The notes under the pieces are model-generated. The model did not search any database. It was not told where the DNA came from and saw only the letters and a list, made by a program, of their open reading frames with translations. 58,540 nucleotides of DNA from Actinomycetota bacterium (GTDB lineage Bacteria > Actinomycetota > Thermoleophilia > RBG-16-64-13), in contig JAMDEO010000128.1 of the NCBI GenBank assembly GCA_023483915.1, forward strand, positions 1 to 58,540, in the 5' to 3' direction. A program made the translations under genes and the position numbers. The number at the start of each line of letters is the position of its first letter. Position 1 is the first letter of the stretch. This document shows positions 35,074-44,019 of the stretch, in pieces.

Positions 35074-35805
35074 CTAGCTGCGTGGGCCGTCACTATTCCG
35101 CGGATTCACTAGATGCTTGCGCATTTCGGCGGCCGCTCGCTCGGGGTCGCGGTCTCTCACGGCTGCCAGAATGCGGTCATGGTTCTCGCGGATGATGTCC
35201 ACCCGCTGGTCATCGATGACGTGATCGAGAGGGACAAAGATCTCGCGGCGTATGGTCATCATGGCTTCTGTGAGATGAGGGTTGCCCGCCGCCCGAGCGA
35301 GGGCGTTGTGGAATTCCTTGTGCCGCTCCACAACCACGGCCCTGGTCGGGTTCTTCGGGATCCGCGCCCCTTCCAGCCTGTGAAGGTCGGCTTCTGTGCG
35401 TCGCTGAGCGGCCAGCGCAGCGATCGTGGATTCGATGATCTCGTGGAACTCGAGAAGGCTGTCGAGCTGATCGCCCTGCGCCCGGATCCACTCGTCAAAA
35501 CATCGTTCCAGCGCAGCCGGGTTATTGACCCTTGTTCCGCCGTGCGCGCCCACCTTGGTGACAAGATACCCCGCCGCCTCCAATGATTTGAGGGCCTCGC
35601 GAAGGGTAATGCGGGAAATGCCAAACTGTGCAGCGAGCTCTCGCTCTGGAGGTAGCCGGTCGCCCGGCCCCATCTCCCCGCTGAAGATAAGCCCGAGGAC
35701 CAGGCGCCGGGCAGTGTCGCTCGCCCGTGTTTGTTCGATTGGCTTCTCGCAGACGGTGCTGGTGGTTGGTCGATCAGCGTTCATAGTTAACAGAATATCG
35801 TTCAT
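35074..35805 (-). CDS. GntR family (FadR/FCD subfamily) transcriptional regulator
   Basis: This is the C-terminal part of the 502-aa ORF 35074..36582. The winged HTH is LPPERELAAQFGISRITLREALKSLEAAGYL, followed by an FCD-type ligand domain. Candidate starts are ATG 35805 (MNDILLTMNADRP) or ATG 35784 (MNADRP). Everything upstream is antisense to hsp20. Confidence 0.85.
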   Translation of the reverse strand: MNDILLTMNADRPTTSTVCEKPIEQTRASDTARRLVLGLIFSGEMGPGDRLPPERELAAQFGISRITLREALKSLEAAGYLVTKVGAHGGTRVNNPAALERCFDEWIRAQGDQLDSLLEFHEIIESTIAALAAQRRTEADLHRLEGARIPKNPTRAVVVERHKEFHNALARAAGNPHLTEAMMTIRREIFVPLDHVIDDQRVDIIRENHDRILAAVRDRDPERAAAEMRKHLVNPRNSDGPRS

Positions 35806-35819
35806 AGTTAACAGAATAT
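35778..35819. repeat. Perfect 2 x 21-bp tandem direct repeat CGTTCATAGTTAACAGAATAT spanning the GntR start codon(s) in an AT-rich patch
   Basis: Copy A at 35778-35798 and copy B at 35799-35819 are identical. Each carries CAT (ATG on the minus strand) and the GTTAAC palindrome. Confidence 0.95.
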
Positions 35820-35955
35820 AGCTCTTTCTCGCTGGGATCAATGGTCGGACTAATAACCCATCTCCATGCCCGTTTGGAATCCCGGTTGCCCTGGGTATGC
35901 ACACTGTATCCCAAACCGCGAGGTAGCTATGCATCCGCTCGGAGGTGATGACACG

Positions 35956-36411
35956 ATGGCACTCGTTCGTTGGAGTCCTTTCCAAGAGCTGGCTGACATG
36001 AGGCGAGAGATGCATTCCTTTGCCAGCCTCATGGGGAACCGGTTCCTTCCATTTGCTGAAGATCGCTTCGTTCCGGCCATGGATGTAGCGACCAAGGGAG
36101 AGGACTTGGTAGTCCGGCTTGAACTGCCGGGAATGGACGTCGACAAGGATGTGGAAATCTCTGTCGAAGGCGATGTTCTGCGGATTTCCGGCAAACGGGC
36201 CGCCGAACACGAAGAGAAGAAAGAAGGATACTACTTCCGGGAGATGAGATACGGGAGCTTCGAGAGGACCTTCCCGCTCCCGGAGGGCGTCGCAGAAGAC
36301 GCGATAGCCGCCCAGTACCGCGACGGCATCCTCGAGATCACGGTGGCAGGGGGTGCCAAGCAGATCGCCGCCCCTGAGAAACACACCATCCCCGTCAAAA
36401 AGATCCAGTGA
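35956..36411 (+). CDS. Hsp20/alpha-crystallin family small heat-shock protein
   Basis: ORF 35866..36411, with the start moved to ATG 35956 (RBS GGAGG at 35941-35945). MALVRWSPFQEL..., PAMDVATKGEDLVVRLELPGMDVDKDVEISVEGDVLRISGKR, YGSFERTFPLPEGV, GILEITV. Confidence 0.9.
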   Translation: MALVRWSPFQELADMRREMHSFASLMGNRFLPFAEDRFVPAMDVATKGEDLVVRLELPGMDVDKDVEISVEGDVLRISGKRAAEHEEKKEGYYFREMRYGSFERTFPLPEGVAEDAIAAQYRDGILEITVAGGAKQIAAPEKHTIPVKKIQ

Positions 36412-36414
36412 ACA

Positions 36415-36451
36415 GGGGCGCGGGCGGCCCTCACGCGGCCGCCCGCGCCCC
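36415..36451. terminator. Bidirectional GC-rich terminator hairpin between convergent hsp20 and the HEAT-repeat gene
   Basis: 15-bp perfect stem ggggcgcgggcggcc/ggccgcccgcgcccc with a 7-nt loop, 4 nt after the hsp20 stop. Confidence 0.6.
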
Positions 36452-36536
36452 TCATCCCGCGGGCATCTCCGAGGCGCCGTGACGGACAGCGCCACCTGTC
36501 GGCGGCCGAACGGCGACATTATCCCAAACCGCGGCC

Positions 36537-37319
36537 TTATCTCAAACCGCGCTCCAGCCTGGCACCCAGGCGCACAACCCATTCGGGATCCAGCCTGGTG
36601 AGACGCGCCTTTTTGAGATTCTCGCGCATGATCCGGTGGACGTCGGCATCACCGGAATCCAGCCATCGTTCCATGAGCTTCTTCCCGTGTGAAGGACTCC
36701 CGACAACGACTACGCTCCAGCAGTAGGCCAGCGCTTGACGAAGAACCCTGAATTCGTCGGTGCGACGGAACTTTGAAGCGGCAAGGAGTGTTGTCACGCG
36801 GTCGACGACGTCCACAGCGGACCGCGCGATGTCTGGGTCCCGAAGCAGCCTGGGCTCCGAAATGGCGGCAATCGCCGCCCGCTGGACATATGGTTCAGCC
36901 TCTGCCCACGCACGCGCGATTGCCAGCAACGAGCCGACGTCTGCGTCTCCAAGACGCTGCAACGCCATTGCCACACCCTCGCGGACGCGCCAGCGAGGGT
37001 CGCATGCCTGACTCCGCAACTCCGTCAGAAGGTCACGGCGGCCCTCTGCGACCAGCCGGCCGAGGCCGACAATGCCGCACATCGCGAGGAACTCGTCCGT
37101 CGGAGCAGCTGCCTCGGGCACCCCGGACGTGCCAAGCCGTGAGCCCAAAGATAACCAGTGGCGAAACCGCAATTCGTCACCAATATCGGCGGCGGCCTGC
37201 ATCAATTCGAGATTTCCTCTGGGTCCGGGCAAGCCTGAGTGGGCCCGGAGGTATTCCACCTGGTCGGTCGCAGCTTCCAAGTCACGTCGATAGTCTTTCA
37301 TCTTCTGGTCGGGGCTCAC
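36537..37319 (-). CDS. HEAT-repeat protein, DNA alkylation repair (AlkD-like) family candidate
   Basis: 260-aa helical-repeat protein (DPRWRVREGVAMALQRLG..., EPYVQRAAIAAISEP...). The family call rests on pattern similarity only. Confidence 0.5.
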   Translation of the reverse strand: MSPDQKMKDYRRDLEAATDQVEYLRAHSGLPGPRGNLELMQAAADIGDELRFRHWLSLGSRLGTSGVPEAAAPTDEFLAMCGIVGLGRLVAEGRRDLLTELRSQACDPRWRVREGVAMALQRLGDADVGSLLAIARAWAEAEPYVQRAAIAAISEPRLLRDPDIARSAVDVVDRVTTLLAASKFRRTDEFRVLRQALAYCWSVVVVGSPSHGKKLMERWLDSGDADVHRIMRENLKKARLTRLDPEWVVRLGARLERGLR

Positions 37320-37339
37320 ACTAGAAGTGGACCCTCACA

Positions 37340-37945
37340 CTAAAAGTGGACCATTACAAAAGCTTTGAAGCGTGCCCCCCATTCGCGGAAGACGGTGCCA
37401 ACGATGTCGTGAGGGTATGCCTCGAGATCCGAGGGGACTCCGATGGCTTCGATGCCGAGCGCTCTGGCCAGGTAGACGGCTCGGGACAGGTGAAACCGCT
37501 GAGTGGAGATCAGGGCGTTCCGGACATGGAATAGGCGGGCCGCATTGGCCATGGTGGCATAAGTGTTGTCACCTGCGGGGTCTTCGAGGATATCTTTGGC
37601 CGGAACTCCGTGGGACAGGGCGTAATCCCTCATGTAGGGGATCTCGTCGGGGGATCCCGAAAGATCCAGGGCCTTGACCAAGCCCTTCTTGTAGAGTTGG
37701 ACCGCGAGCTCGACCCGGTCGGCCGCCATGGGATTGGGCTCGTTGTCCGGTCTTACGAGGGCTCCTGGGACGATGACGACGTCCGCACGCGGCGCTTGGC
37801 TTATGCTGGAAACCAGAAATGGCTTGGCATCGTGGATGATGACCAGGTTGGCGGCCAAGACCAGGATGCCGGTGATCGCCATGACGGCTGCGACCCCAAT
37901 TGAGCCCCAAAAGACCGCCCGTCGTAGGCGTCTGCTCTTTGCCAT
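37340..37945 (-). CDS. SanA/YdcF (DUF218) family membrane-anchored protein
   Basis: N-terminal TM anchor, DVVIVPGALV, ELAVQLYKKG, DNTYATMANAARLF, LISTQRFHLSRAVYLARALGIEAIG. Confidence 0.8.
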   Translation of the reverse strand: MAKSRRLRRAVFWGSIGVAAVMAITGILVLAANLVIIHDAKPFLVSSISQAPRADVVIVPGALVRPDNEPNPMAADRVELAVQLYKKGLVKALDLSGSPDEIPYMRDYALSHGVPAKDILEDPAGDNTYATMANAARLFHVRNALISTQRFHLSRAVYLARALGIEAIGVPSDLEAYPHDIVGTVFREWGARFKAFVMVHF

Positions 37946-38084
37946 GGCTTCCTTTTCGTTCAGGCGTGCGCAGCGGGCAGAAGCTTACCACGGACAATGA
38001 CCCCGCCGCGGGTACGCCGCGATCCGCGCCGCGAGTACGCCTGGCCGCGCCGCGCGCCTGGCCGCTGTCACCAGCTCTTCGCGT

Positions 38085-38118
38085 TTGACAGCAACATGCT
38101 ATTGCGATAAATTTGCAA
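38085..38118 (+). promoter_or_regulatory. Promoter of the Fur-family gene (-35 TTGACA 38085-38090, 17-nt spacer, -10 TAAATT 38108-38113) overlapped by a Nur-box-like repeat TTGCGA-N5-TTGCAA (38102-38118); predicts a leaderless mRNA
   Basis: Read directly from the sequence. ATG 38123 lies about 10 nt after the -10 hexamer, and there is no Shine-Dalgarno sequence. Confidence 0.6.
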
Positions 38119-38122
38119 AACC

Positions 38123-38563
38123 ATGACGCATCACGCCGCTCGTACTCTTCAGGAACAGGGATACCGGCTGACCCCACAGCGCACCCTCGTTTGGGATGTC
38201 TTGCGAGCCCAGGATTCCCACGTGAGTGCCGAACAGATCTGCACGAGGGTCCAGGAAACCTTTCCACATGTAAATCTTTCCACGGTCTACCGCACCTTGG
38301 AGCTGCTCGTTGAGCTTGGACTGGTGCGGGAGACCTTGTTGGGCCCGGGCACCCGTTTCTTCGAGGTCGAAGAGGAGATCCCCCATCATCACCTGGTGTG
38401 CGAGTCGTGCGGGGTGGTCGCCCACATTCACGACGAAGACCTCGCGGGACTGGGCAAGGCACTAGAAACCGGCAATGGATTCACTCTGCGAGAGGCCACC
38501 ATCTTTGGGAGGTGCGAAAACTGTCGCAATGCACAGGGGGAGGCGCCCGGTGCACATTCCTGA
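38123..38563 (+). CDS. Fur family transcriptional repressor (Nur-like candidate)
   Basis: GYRLTPQRTLVWDVL, HVSAEQICTRV, NLSTVYRTLELL, HHHLVCESCG...CENC. Confidence 0.9.
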   Translation: MTHHAARTLQEQGYRLTPQRTLVWDVLRAQDSHVSAEQICTRVQETFPHVNLSTVYRTLELLVELGLVRETLLGPGTRFFEVEEEIPHHHLVCESCGVVAHIHDEDLAGLGKALETGNGFTLREATIFGRCENCRNAQGEAPGAHS

Positions 38564-39557
38564 TGGCTTTGTGGACCTTCCGACTGCCGCGGTGGCCGGG
38601 GCGGCATCCCTGGGAGCGGTAGCGCTGTCCGTCAGAAAGTCCACTCGCGAACTGAATGAGCGGACCATTCCTCTCTTGGGTGTGACGGCGGCCTTTGTTT
38701 TTGCCGCGCAGATGCTGAACTTCCCGGTGGCCGGAGGCACCAGTGGACATTTCCTCGGGGCGGTGATGGTGGCGGCTCTGATGGGACCATGGGCCGCGGT
38801 CATCGTCTTGACCTCGGTTGTCGTGGTGCAGGCACTGGTGATGGCGGATGGGGGTATTACCGCTCTTGGAGCCAATGTCTTCAATATGGCGGTTATCGGC
38901 GGCATGGTCGGTTACCTGATGTTGGTGGGGCTCAAGCGCTTGCTGCCCAAGACCCCCACTGGGTACTTCTTCTCGGTTGCCATCGCCTCCTGGCTCTCAG
39001 TGGTGTTTGCGTCTGCCGCTTGCTCGGTAGAGCTGGCCCTCTCCGGCACCGTGCCCCTGCGGGTGTCCCTCGCCGCGATGGCCTCCGTGCACATGGTCAT
39101 TGGCATAGGAGAGGCCCTTATCACGTCGGCCGTCGTTGCTGCCGTGCTGTCGACTCGTCCGGACCTTGTCAAGACCTATGACCTTCCCACGGGAGTTTTG
39201 GCGAACAGAAAGGCGCGGGCACTGGGCTGTCGAGGTCGAGTGTGGGGATGGGTATTGGCAGCGCTGGCCATCACCCTGGCTCTTGCAGTATTCGTGTCCC
39301 CCTTTGCCTCGTCTTCCCCAGACGGCCTGGAAAAGGTCGCAGCTGAGAAAGGGTTCGCACAGGCAGCCCCTCAGCCAGGATGGAGTCTATCGCCTATCTC
39401 AGGCTATGTTGTCCCCGGCATGGGCGGCGCCGGGGCGGCGACGGCGGTGGCCGGAGCCCTCGGGACTGTGTCTCTGTTTGCCTTGGTCCTTTTCGTGGGA
39501 CGCGCGATCGGGCGCCGCAGTCGGGGGATTTCGAGCCCCAGGCCGGGCGAACCGTAG
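38550..39557 (+). CDS. cbiM: ECF transporter substrate-capture component CbiM fused to a C-terminal PDGLE domain (cobalt/nickel)
   Basis: ORF 38475..39557. GTG 38550 follows ggggagg and gives the canonical N-terminus (M)HIPDGF. GGTSGHFLGA, ADGGITALGANVFNMA, and SSSPDGLEKVAAEKGF near the C-terminus. Overlaps the fur-family stop by 14 nt. Confidence 0.85.
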   Translation: MHIPDGFVDLPTAAVAGAASLGAVALSVRKSTRELNERTIPLLGVTAAFVFAAQMLNFPVAGGTSGHFLGAVMVAALMGPWAAVIVLTSVVVVQALVMADGGITALGANVFNMAVIGGMVGYLMLVGLKRLLPKTPTGYFFSVAIASWLSVVFASAACSVELALSGTVPLRVSLAAMASVHMVIGIGEALITSAVVAAVLSTRPDLVKTYDLPTGVLANRKARALGCRGRVWGWVLAALAITLALAVFVSPFASSSPDGLEKVAAEKGFAQAAPQPGWSLSPISGYVVPGMGGAGAATAVAGALGTVSLFALVLFVGRAIGRRSRGISSPRPGEP

Positions 39558-39608
39558 AACAGACGGCTCACGCGTACCGCGAATGTTGTTGATTGAGGCG
39601 TTGGTCTG

Positions 39609-40373
39609 GTGATTTCGGAGTACCTCACAGAGAAGGAGCACCCAGCAGGCCCGCTCCAGCGGCTCGATCCCCGGGCGAAGATAATAGGCCTCATAAGTTT
39701 CACCGTGGTGGTGGTCTCTACCCCGGCGAGGGCGATCTGGGTGTTTGCCGTTTACGCCGCCGTTGTGACATTCCTAATCGGACTATCGCGGCTGCGCGTA
39801 GGATACGTGCTTCGCCGCGCCTTGGTTGTGGTGCCGTTCGTGATCGTCGTTGCCATTTTCCTGCCTTTCTTCGGCCGGAGCGGCTCCGGTGGATACAGCC
39901 TCGGCATCTCCCACATGAGTGCGGGCGGGCTGCTGGTTCTCTGGAATGTTGGGGCCAAAGCGATTCTGGGCGTGCTTAGCATGATCCTGTTGGCCTCGAC
40001 CACGCCTTTCCCTGATATGCTCGCGGGCTTTCGCCGTCTACGGGTGCCTCAGGTCTTTGTGCTCGTAGTGTCGTTCATGTACCGCTATAGCTTCGTATTC
40101 GCGGAGGAGTTGCGGCGCATGCAGCGGGCCGTGGCCGCGCGCAACTTCCGCGGCCGGTGGCTGTGGAACGTTCCCATCCTCGGGCGTGTCCTTGGCTCGT
40201 TGTTTCTGCGAAGCTACAGCAGGGGCGAGAGAATATATGTGGCCATGATCAGCCGAGGGTACGAGGGTACCATCGGACTGTCGTCGCCGGCTGTGTTCGG
40301 CTGGTCTGAGGCCTTGTTTTTGGGCCTTCTGATCGCAGTTGCGGTAGCAGTCCGTGTCGTGGCTTCGGTCTGA
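39609..40373 (+). CDS. cbiQ: ECF transporter transmembrane (T) component CbiQ
   Basis: 254-aa polytopic protein with RLDPRAKIIGL..., and the FRRLRVPQVFVLVVSFMYRYSFVFAEELRRMQRAVAARNF signature region. Confidence 0.85.
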   Translation: MISEYLTEKEHPAGPLQRLDPRAKIIGLISFTVVVVSTPARAIWVFAVYAAVVTFLIGLSRLRVGYVLRRALVVVPFVIVVAIFLPFFGRSGSGGYSLGISHMSAGGLLVLWNVGAKAILGVLSMILLASTTPFPDMLAGFRRLRVPQVFVLVVSFMYRYSFVFAEELRRMQRAVAARNFRGRWLWNVPILGRVLGSLFLRSYSRGERIYVAMISRGYEGTIGLSSPAVFGWSEALFLGLLIAVAVAVRVVASV

Positions 40374-40516
40374 AGGCGATGTGAGATGAAGACTGTGCCA
40401 CGTGTGTCCGACAGTCCTGCGTCTGTGGCGGGCTTGCCGAAACCGCGACCAGCTCGTCTGAGCCGATCCCGGCCGTCGAGGTAACTGATCTCAAGTATGT
40501 TTATCCCAACGGCACC

Positions 40517-41311
40517 GTGGCGCTGCAGGGGCTGTCCTTTTCCATCCAGAGAGGCGAGTCTGTGGCCATCATAGGCCCCAATGGTGCCGGCAAGTCAACT
40601 CTGCTGCTCCATCTGAACGGGATACTTCGCGGCGAGGGACCGATCCGAATCTTTGGCCTGCCCTTGGAGGAGAGGACTCTGCGGGAGATCCGGCGCAAAG
40701 TGGGGGTGGTCTTTCAAGACCCAGACGACCAACTCTTTCTTACCAGCGTGGCCCAAGACGTTGCCTTCGGGCCTAGCAACATGGGCTTGAGCAAGCCGGA
40801 GATCGAGGAAAGAGTGCGAGAGGCCTTGGCCGCTGTGGGCATGTCCGGATTTCAGGACCGCTCCACACATCTGCTCTCATTCGGCGAGAAGAAGCGGGTT
40901 GCCACGGCCACGGTCCTTGCCATGTGGCCGGACATCCTAGTGCTCGACGAGCCCACGTCCAATCTCGATCCCAAGGCACGGCGCCAACTCATCAACATCT
41001 TGGCCAACCTTCCGGTAACCAAGATCATCGTCACACACGACCTTCCTGTCGCCTACGAGATGTGCAACCGGGCCATCATTCTCTCCAAGGGCCGGATAGC
41101 AGCCGATGGTCCTATCGAGGAGGTTCTCACTGACCAGGATCTTCTCGAGGCCAACGATCTGGAGCTACCCTACGGGTTCGCGATTCCTCCCGCGGGAATC
41201 CCGGGTTGGTCGGGCACTTCTCGGACTCGGTCTCTATCCCGGGATGCGGAGGATGAGCTTACCGAGCACGTCGCCGGACTCAATCATCTGGTGGGCGATC
41301 CCCGCCTCTGA
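40517..41311 (+). CDS. cbiO: ECF transporter ATPase CbiO (N-terminus unresolved, see findings)
   Basis: Walker A GPNGAGKSTLL, LSFGEKKRVATA signature, Walker B ILVLDEPTSNLD. The conserved first strand AVEVTDLKYVYPNGT is encoded in frame upstream of the first available start codon. Confidence 0.85.
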   Translation: MALQGLSFSIQRGESVAIIGPNGAGKSTLLLHLNGILRGEGPIRIFGLPLEERTLREIRRKVGVVFQDPDDQLFLTSVAQDVAFGPSNMGLSKPEIEERVREALAAVGMSGFQDRSTHLLSFGEKKRVATATVLAMWPDILVLDEPTSNLDPKARRQLINILANLPVTKIIVTHDLPVAYEMCNRAIILSKGRIAADGPIEEVLTDQDLLEANDLELPYGFAIPPAGIPGWSGTSRTRSLSRDAEDELTEHVAGLNHLVGDPRL

Positions 41312-42229
41312 TAGCGGGAGTATCCGAGAAATCGGGGGCTTGATCTTCCCCTCGGCCATGAGGGCGAAGACCTGCCTTTTTACCTTCTTGAAGCCCACCG
41401 GGTCGGTGTCGTGGACGTGTATGGAGAAATAGCGGATCCCCCAGCAGTACTCGCATCGGCTCTGAAGGATGTGAATTATGTCCCTGTCTTCCGGATAGCC
41501 GCCCAAGTAGTTGTAGAGAATGATCTGGCCGTACGTCGCCAGCATGTCGAATTGCCGGCAGAACTCAGGACCGGCGACTTGGTCGTAAACGTAATCGACC
41601 CCCCGTCCACCCGTGACGCGCTTGACCGCATCCACATCGTTCTCGGACTTGTAGTTGAACACCGCCTCGACGCCCAGCGTGCGTAGGTAATCGCACTTGG
41701 CGTCGGTGCTGGCGCTGGCGATGACTTCCATGCCTTTCAGCAGCCCTAGCTGAATCACAGCAGTGCCGACTCCGCCCGCCGCCCCCCCGATGTAAAGGGA
41801 CTGACCTGCCTTGGCTTCCACTATCTGGTTGAGAAGGCCCCAGGCCACGAAGTAGTTGAAGGCGGTGGCGGCGCTCTCGAGGTCGACTGCCTCTGGCAAT
41901 TCCACCACATCATCCGCAGTGACGGTCATGTACTCGGTATAGGTGCCGTAACAGGCCATGTGGAGCACGTGGACCGGCTGGCCTACCTGGAATCCTGTCA
42001 CTCCGGGACCCAGGGCCTCTATGCGTCCGGCCCCCTCGTAGCCCAGCGTGACGGGATACGGCGTGTTGAGCCACTGGCACCGTCCCGTGCGGACCCGCCA
42101 GTCGGCCTTGCAGACGCCGGCCGCAACCATCTTGACGAGAACCTGCCCCTCCCCAGGGACCGGAAGGGGCAAGTCGACATACTTCAGGACTTCAGGTCCA
42201 CCGAACCTCTCGAACACGACAGCTTTCAA
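41234..42229 (-). CDS. Zinc-type alcohol dehydrogenase-like / NADPH:quinone oxidoreductase (MDR superfamily)
   Basis: MKAVVFERFGGPEVLKYVDLPLPVPGEGQVLVKMVAAGV..., and the GGAAGGVGTAVIQL nucleotide fold. Confidence 0.85.
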   Translation of the reverse strand: MKAVVFERFGGPEVLKYVDLPLPVPGEGQVLVKMVAAGVCKADWRVRTGRCQWLNTPYPVTLGYEGAGRIEALGPGVTGFQVGQPVHVLHMACYGTYTEYMTVTADDVVELPEAVDLESAATAFNYFVAWGLLNQIVEAKAGQSLYIGGAAGGVGTAVIQLGLLKGMEVIASASTDAKCDYLRTLGVEAVFNYKSENDVDAVKRVTGGRGVDYVYDQVAGPEFCRQFDMLATYGQIILYNYLGGYPEDRDIIHILQSRCEYCWGIRYFSIHVHDTDPVGFKKVKRQVFALMAEGKIKPPISRILPLSEAGIAHQMIESGDVLGKLILRIPG

Positions 42230-42313
42230 GGCGACGCCTCCTGGGAGTAGCTGGAGGCCTAATAGTCTCCCTCCAAGCCCGATCGTTCAAGACGAGATGA
42301 ACCGCTTGCCCCG

Positions 42314-42862
42314 CTACAGATCTTCCGGTTGGCTGATCCTGTAGACGAACGGACCGGACTGGGCGCGTACGGCCCCTAGGATCTCCATGGCATGCTCCAG
42401 AGCCGCGGCATTCTCTAGGCCGCCGGCATACACCGGTTCGTACCCCGCATCCCGGATGAGTTGCTCAACCACCCGCCTGGCATCTTCATCTCCGCACCAG
42501 ATGTTGCTCGGTTTCGATCTCCCGGCGCCAAGGCGGCCGTAGAGGAGAGCAAAATTGAGATTGAATGACTTGGCTGTTGGGCCTCCCGTCACCGATTTCA
42601 CGTACTCGGCATTTGATGTGAAATCTCCGGGGGCCTCCACCCCAAAGCGGTTGGTGGCGTCGATGACCATCTTCCCAGGCAGGCCGCTCAACTTACTCAC
42701 CGCATCTGCCACGCTACCCCCGGGCACGGCCAAAAGCACGACCTCTGCCGCGGAGACGTCTCCGCCTTCCCTGCCTAGACGGCTAATCTCGTGCCCGGCT
42801 CTTGCCCACAGATCACCCAGCCCGCCTCCGACATGGCCGCGGCCGGCAACAGCTATCCTCAT
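42314..42862 (-). CDS. NAD(P)-binding oxidoreductase, F420-dependent NADP reductase (NpdG)-like
   Basis: ORF 42314..43012, with the start moved to ATG 42862 (RBS aagggag), giving MRIAVAGRGHVGGGLG as a Rossmann N-terminus. Confidence 0.6.
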   Translation of the reverse strand: MRIAVAGRGHVGGGLGDLWARAGHEISRLGREGGDVSAAEVVLLAVPGGSVADAVSKLSGLPGKMVIDATNRFGVEAPGDFTSNAEYVKSVTGGPTAKSFNLNFALLYGRLGAGRSKPSNIWCGDEDARRVVEQLIRDAGYEPVYAGGLENAAALEHAMEILGAVRAQSGPFVYRISQPEDL

Positions 42863-43119
42863 TGTTATCGCTCCCTTCTCATTGTCCGCATCTGGTAGGA
42901 TCCGGATCATCTTGATGACGGGCTTGCGATCCCGGTCAACCTCGTGGTTTCCCAGGGCCGATTTGGCCCAAACAGGACGGGGCTCGTCAATGAGGAAGGC
43001 GGGTGGCGTCATCGAAGAGGATTGAAGCCGACGTGACCCCCCTCCTCTCGAGGATGGCGTCCGCGCGTCAGTCGCAGTGTGATCCAGGAGCCGCGAAAAG
43101 CGCCTGATACACTACCCGG

Positions 43120-44019
43120 ATGAGAGACAGACGAGCGGAGGCCCTGGCAATCGGGGCACTGATCCTGATGGCACTGGTCTGGGGCTACAACTGGGTGGTC
43201 ATGAAGGTGGCCCTACGCTTCTTTGAGCCCGCGGCATTTGCTGCGATGCGCATGTTCTTCGGGTCACTCGTCCTGTTTGCCGTCATCATTGTGACCCGGA
43301 GGGCCCTTCGTCCAAAGAGTCTCCCGCTCTTCTTCGTGATTGGCCTGTTCCAGGTGGCAGGGTCTACCGGTCTCGCCACCTGGGCTCTTGAGGCCGGGGG
43401 CGCCGGTAAAACAGCAGTTTTGGTCTATACGATGCCCGTCTGGCTGTTGCTGATGTCATGGTTCATCCTCAATGAGAGGTTGATGGGTTTCCAGTGGGTC
43501 GCAGTGTGCCTCGCTCTGGGGGGCCTGATCTTCGTACTGTCTCCTTGGCATCTGAGAGGAACCCTTCTAAGTCAGTTGCTCGCGGTCGCTTCCGGGATAT
43601 GCTGGGCGGTGGCCACCATAACGGCGAAGATACTGGCCCGGCGTGGATCGGTCGATGTGCTCTCGCTAAGCGCGTGGCAGATGCTGCTGGGCTCCGTACC
43701 ACTAGTCATCGCAGCCGTGGTGACGTATCACGCTGCGCCAATCTGGACGCCTGCTTCTCTTGCCGCCTTACTCTTCAACGTCATCATGGCGAGCGGAGTG
43801 GCGCTGATGCTCTGGTTCTACGCCGTCAAGATCCTGCCGGCGGGGACTGCGGGGTTGGGCAGTTTGGCCGCGCCCGTTGTCGGGGTCGTTTCTGCCTGGA
43901 TTCAGCTGGGGGAGAGGCCGGACGCCTATGAGGCCACCGGGATGATTCTCGTCGTCGGCGCCCTAGCCGTCCTCGCTATGCGGCAACTGGCGGTGCGCCG
44001 AGGATTCGTCGGCGTTTAG
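43120..44019 (+). CDS. EamA/DMT family transporter
   Basis: 299 aa and ten predicted TM helices with two EamA repeats (LVWGYNWVVMKVAL..., ICWAVATITAKIL...). Confidence 0.85.
   Translation: MRDRRAEALAIGALILMALVWGYNWVVMKVALRFFEPAAFAAMRMFFGSLVLFAVIIVTRRALRPKSLPLFFVIGLFQVAGSTGLATWALEAGGAGKTAVLVYTMPVWLLLMSWFILNERLMGFQWVAVCLALGGLIFVLSPWHLRGTLLSQLLAVASGICWAVATITAKILARRGSVDVLSLSAWQMLLGSVPLVIAAVVTYHAAPIWTPASLAALLFNVIMASGVALMLWFYAVKILPAGTAGLGSLAAPVVGVVSAWIQLGERPDAYEATGMILVVGALAVLAMRQLAVRRGFVGV

Noticed and set aside
35806-36582. N-terminal 260 codons of the 502-aa ORF 35074..36582
   Set aside because: This part is antisense to hsp20 and its terminator. The GntR wHTH begins right after the ATGs at 35805/35784, so the long ORF is only an open-frame extension.
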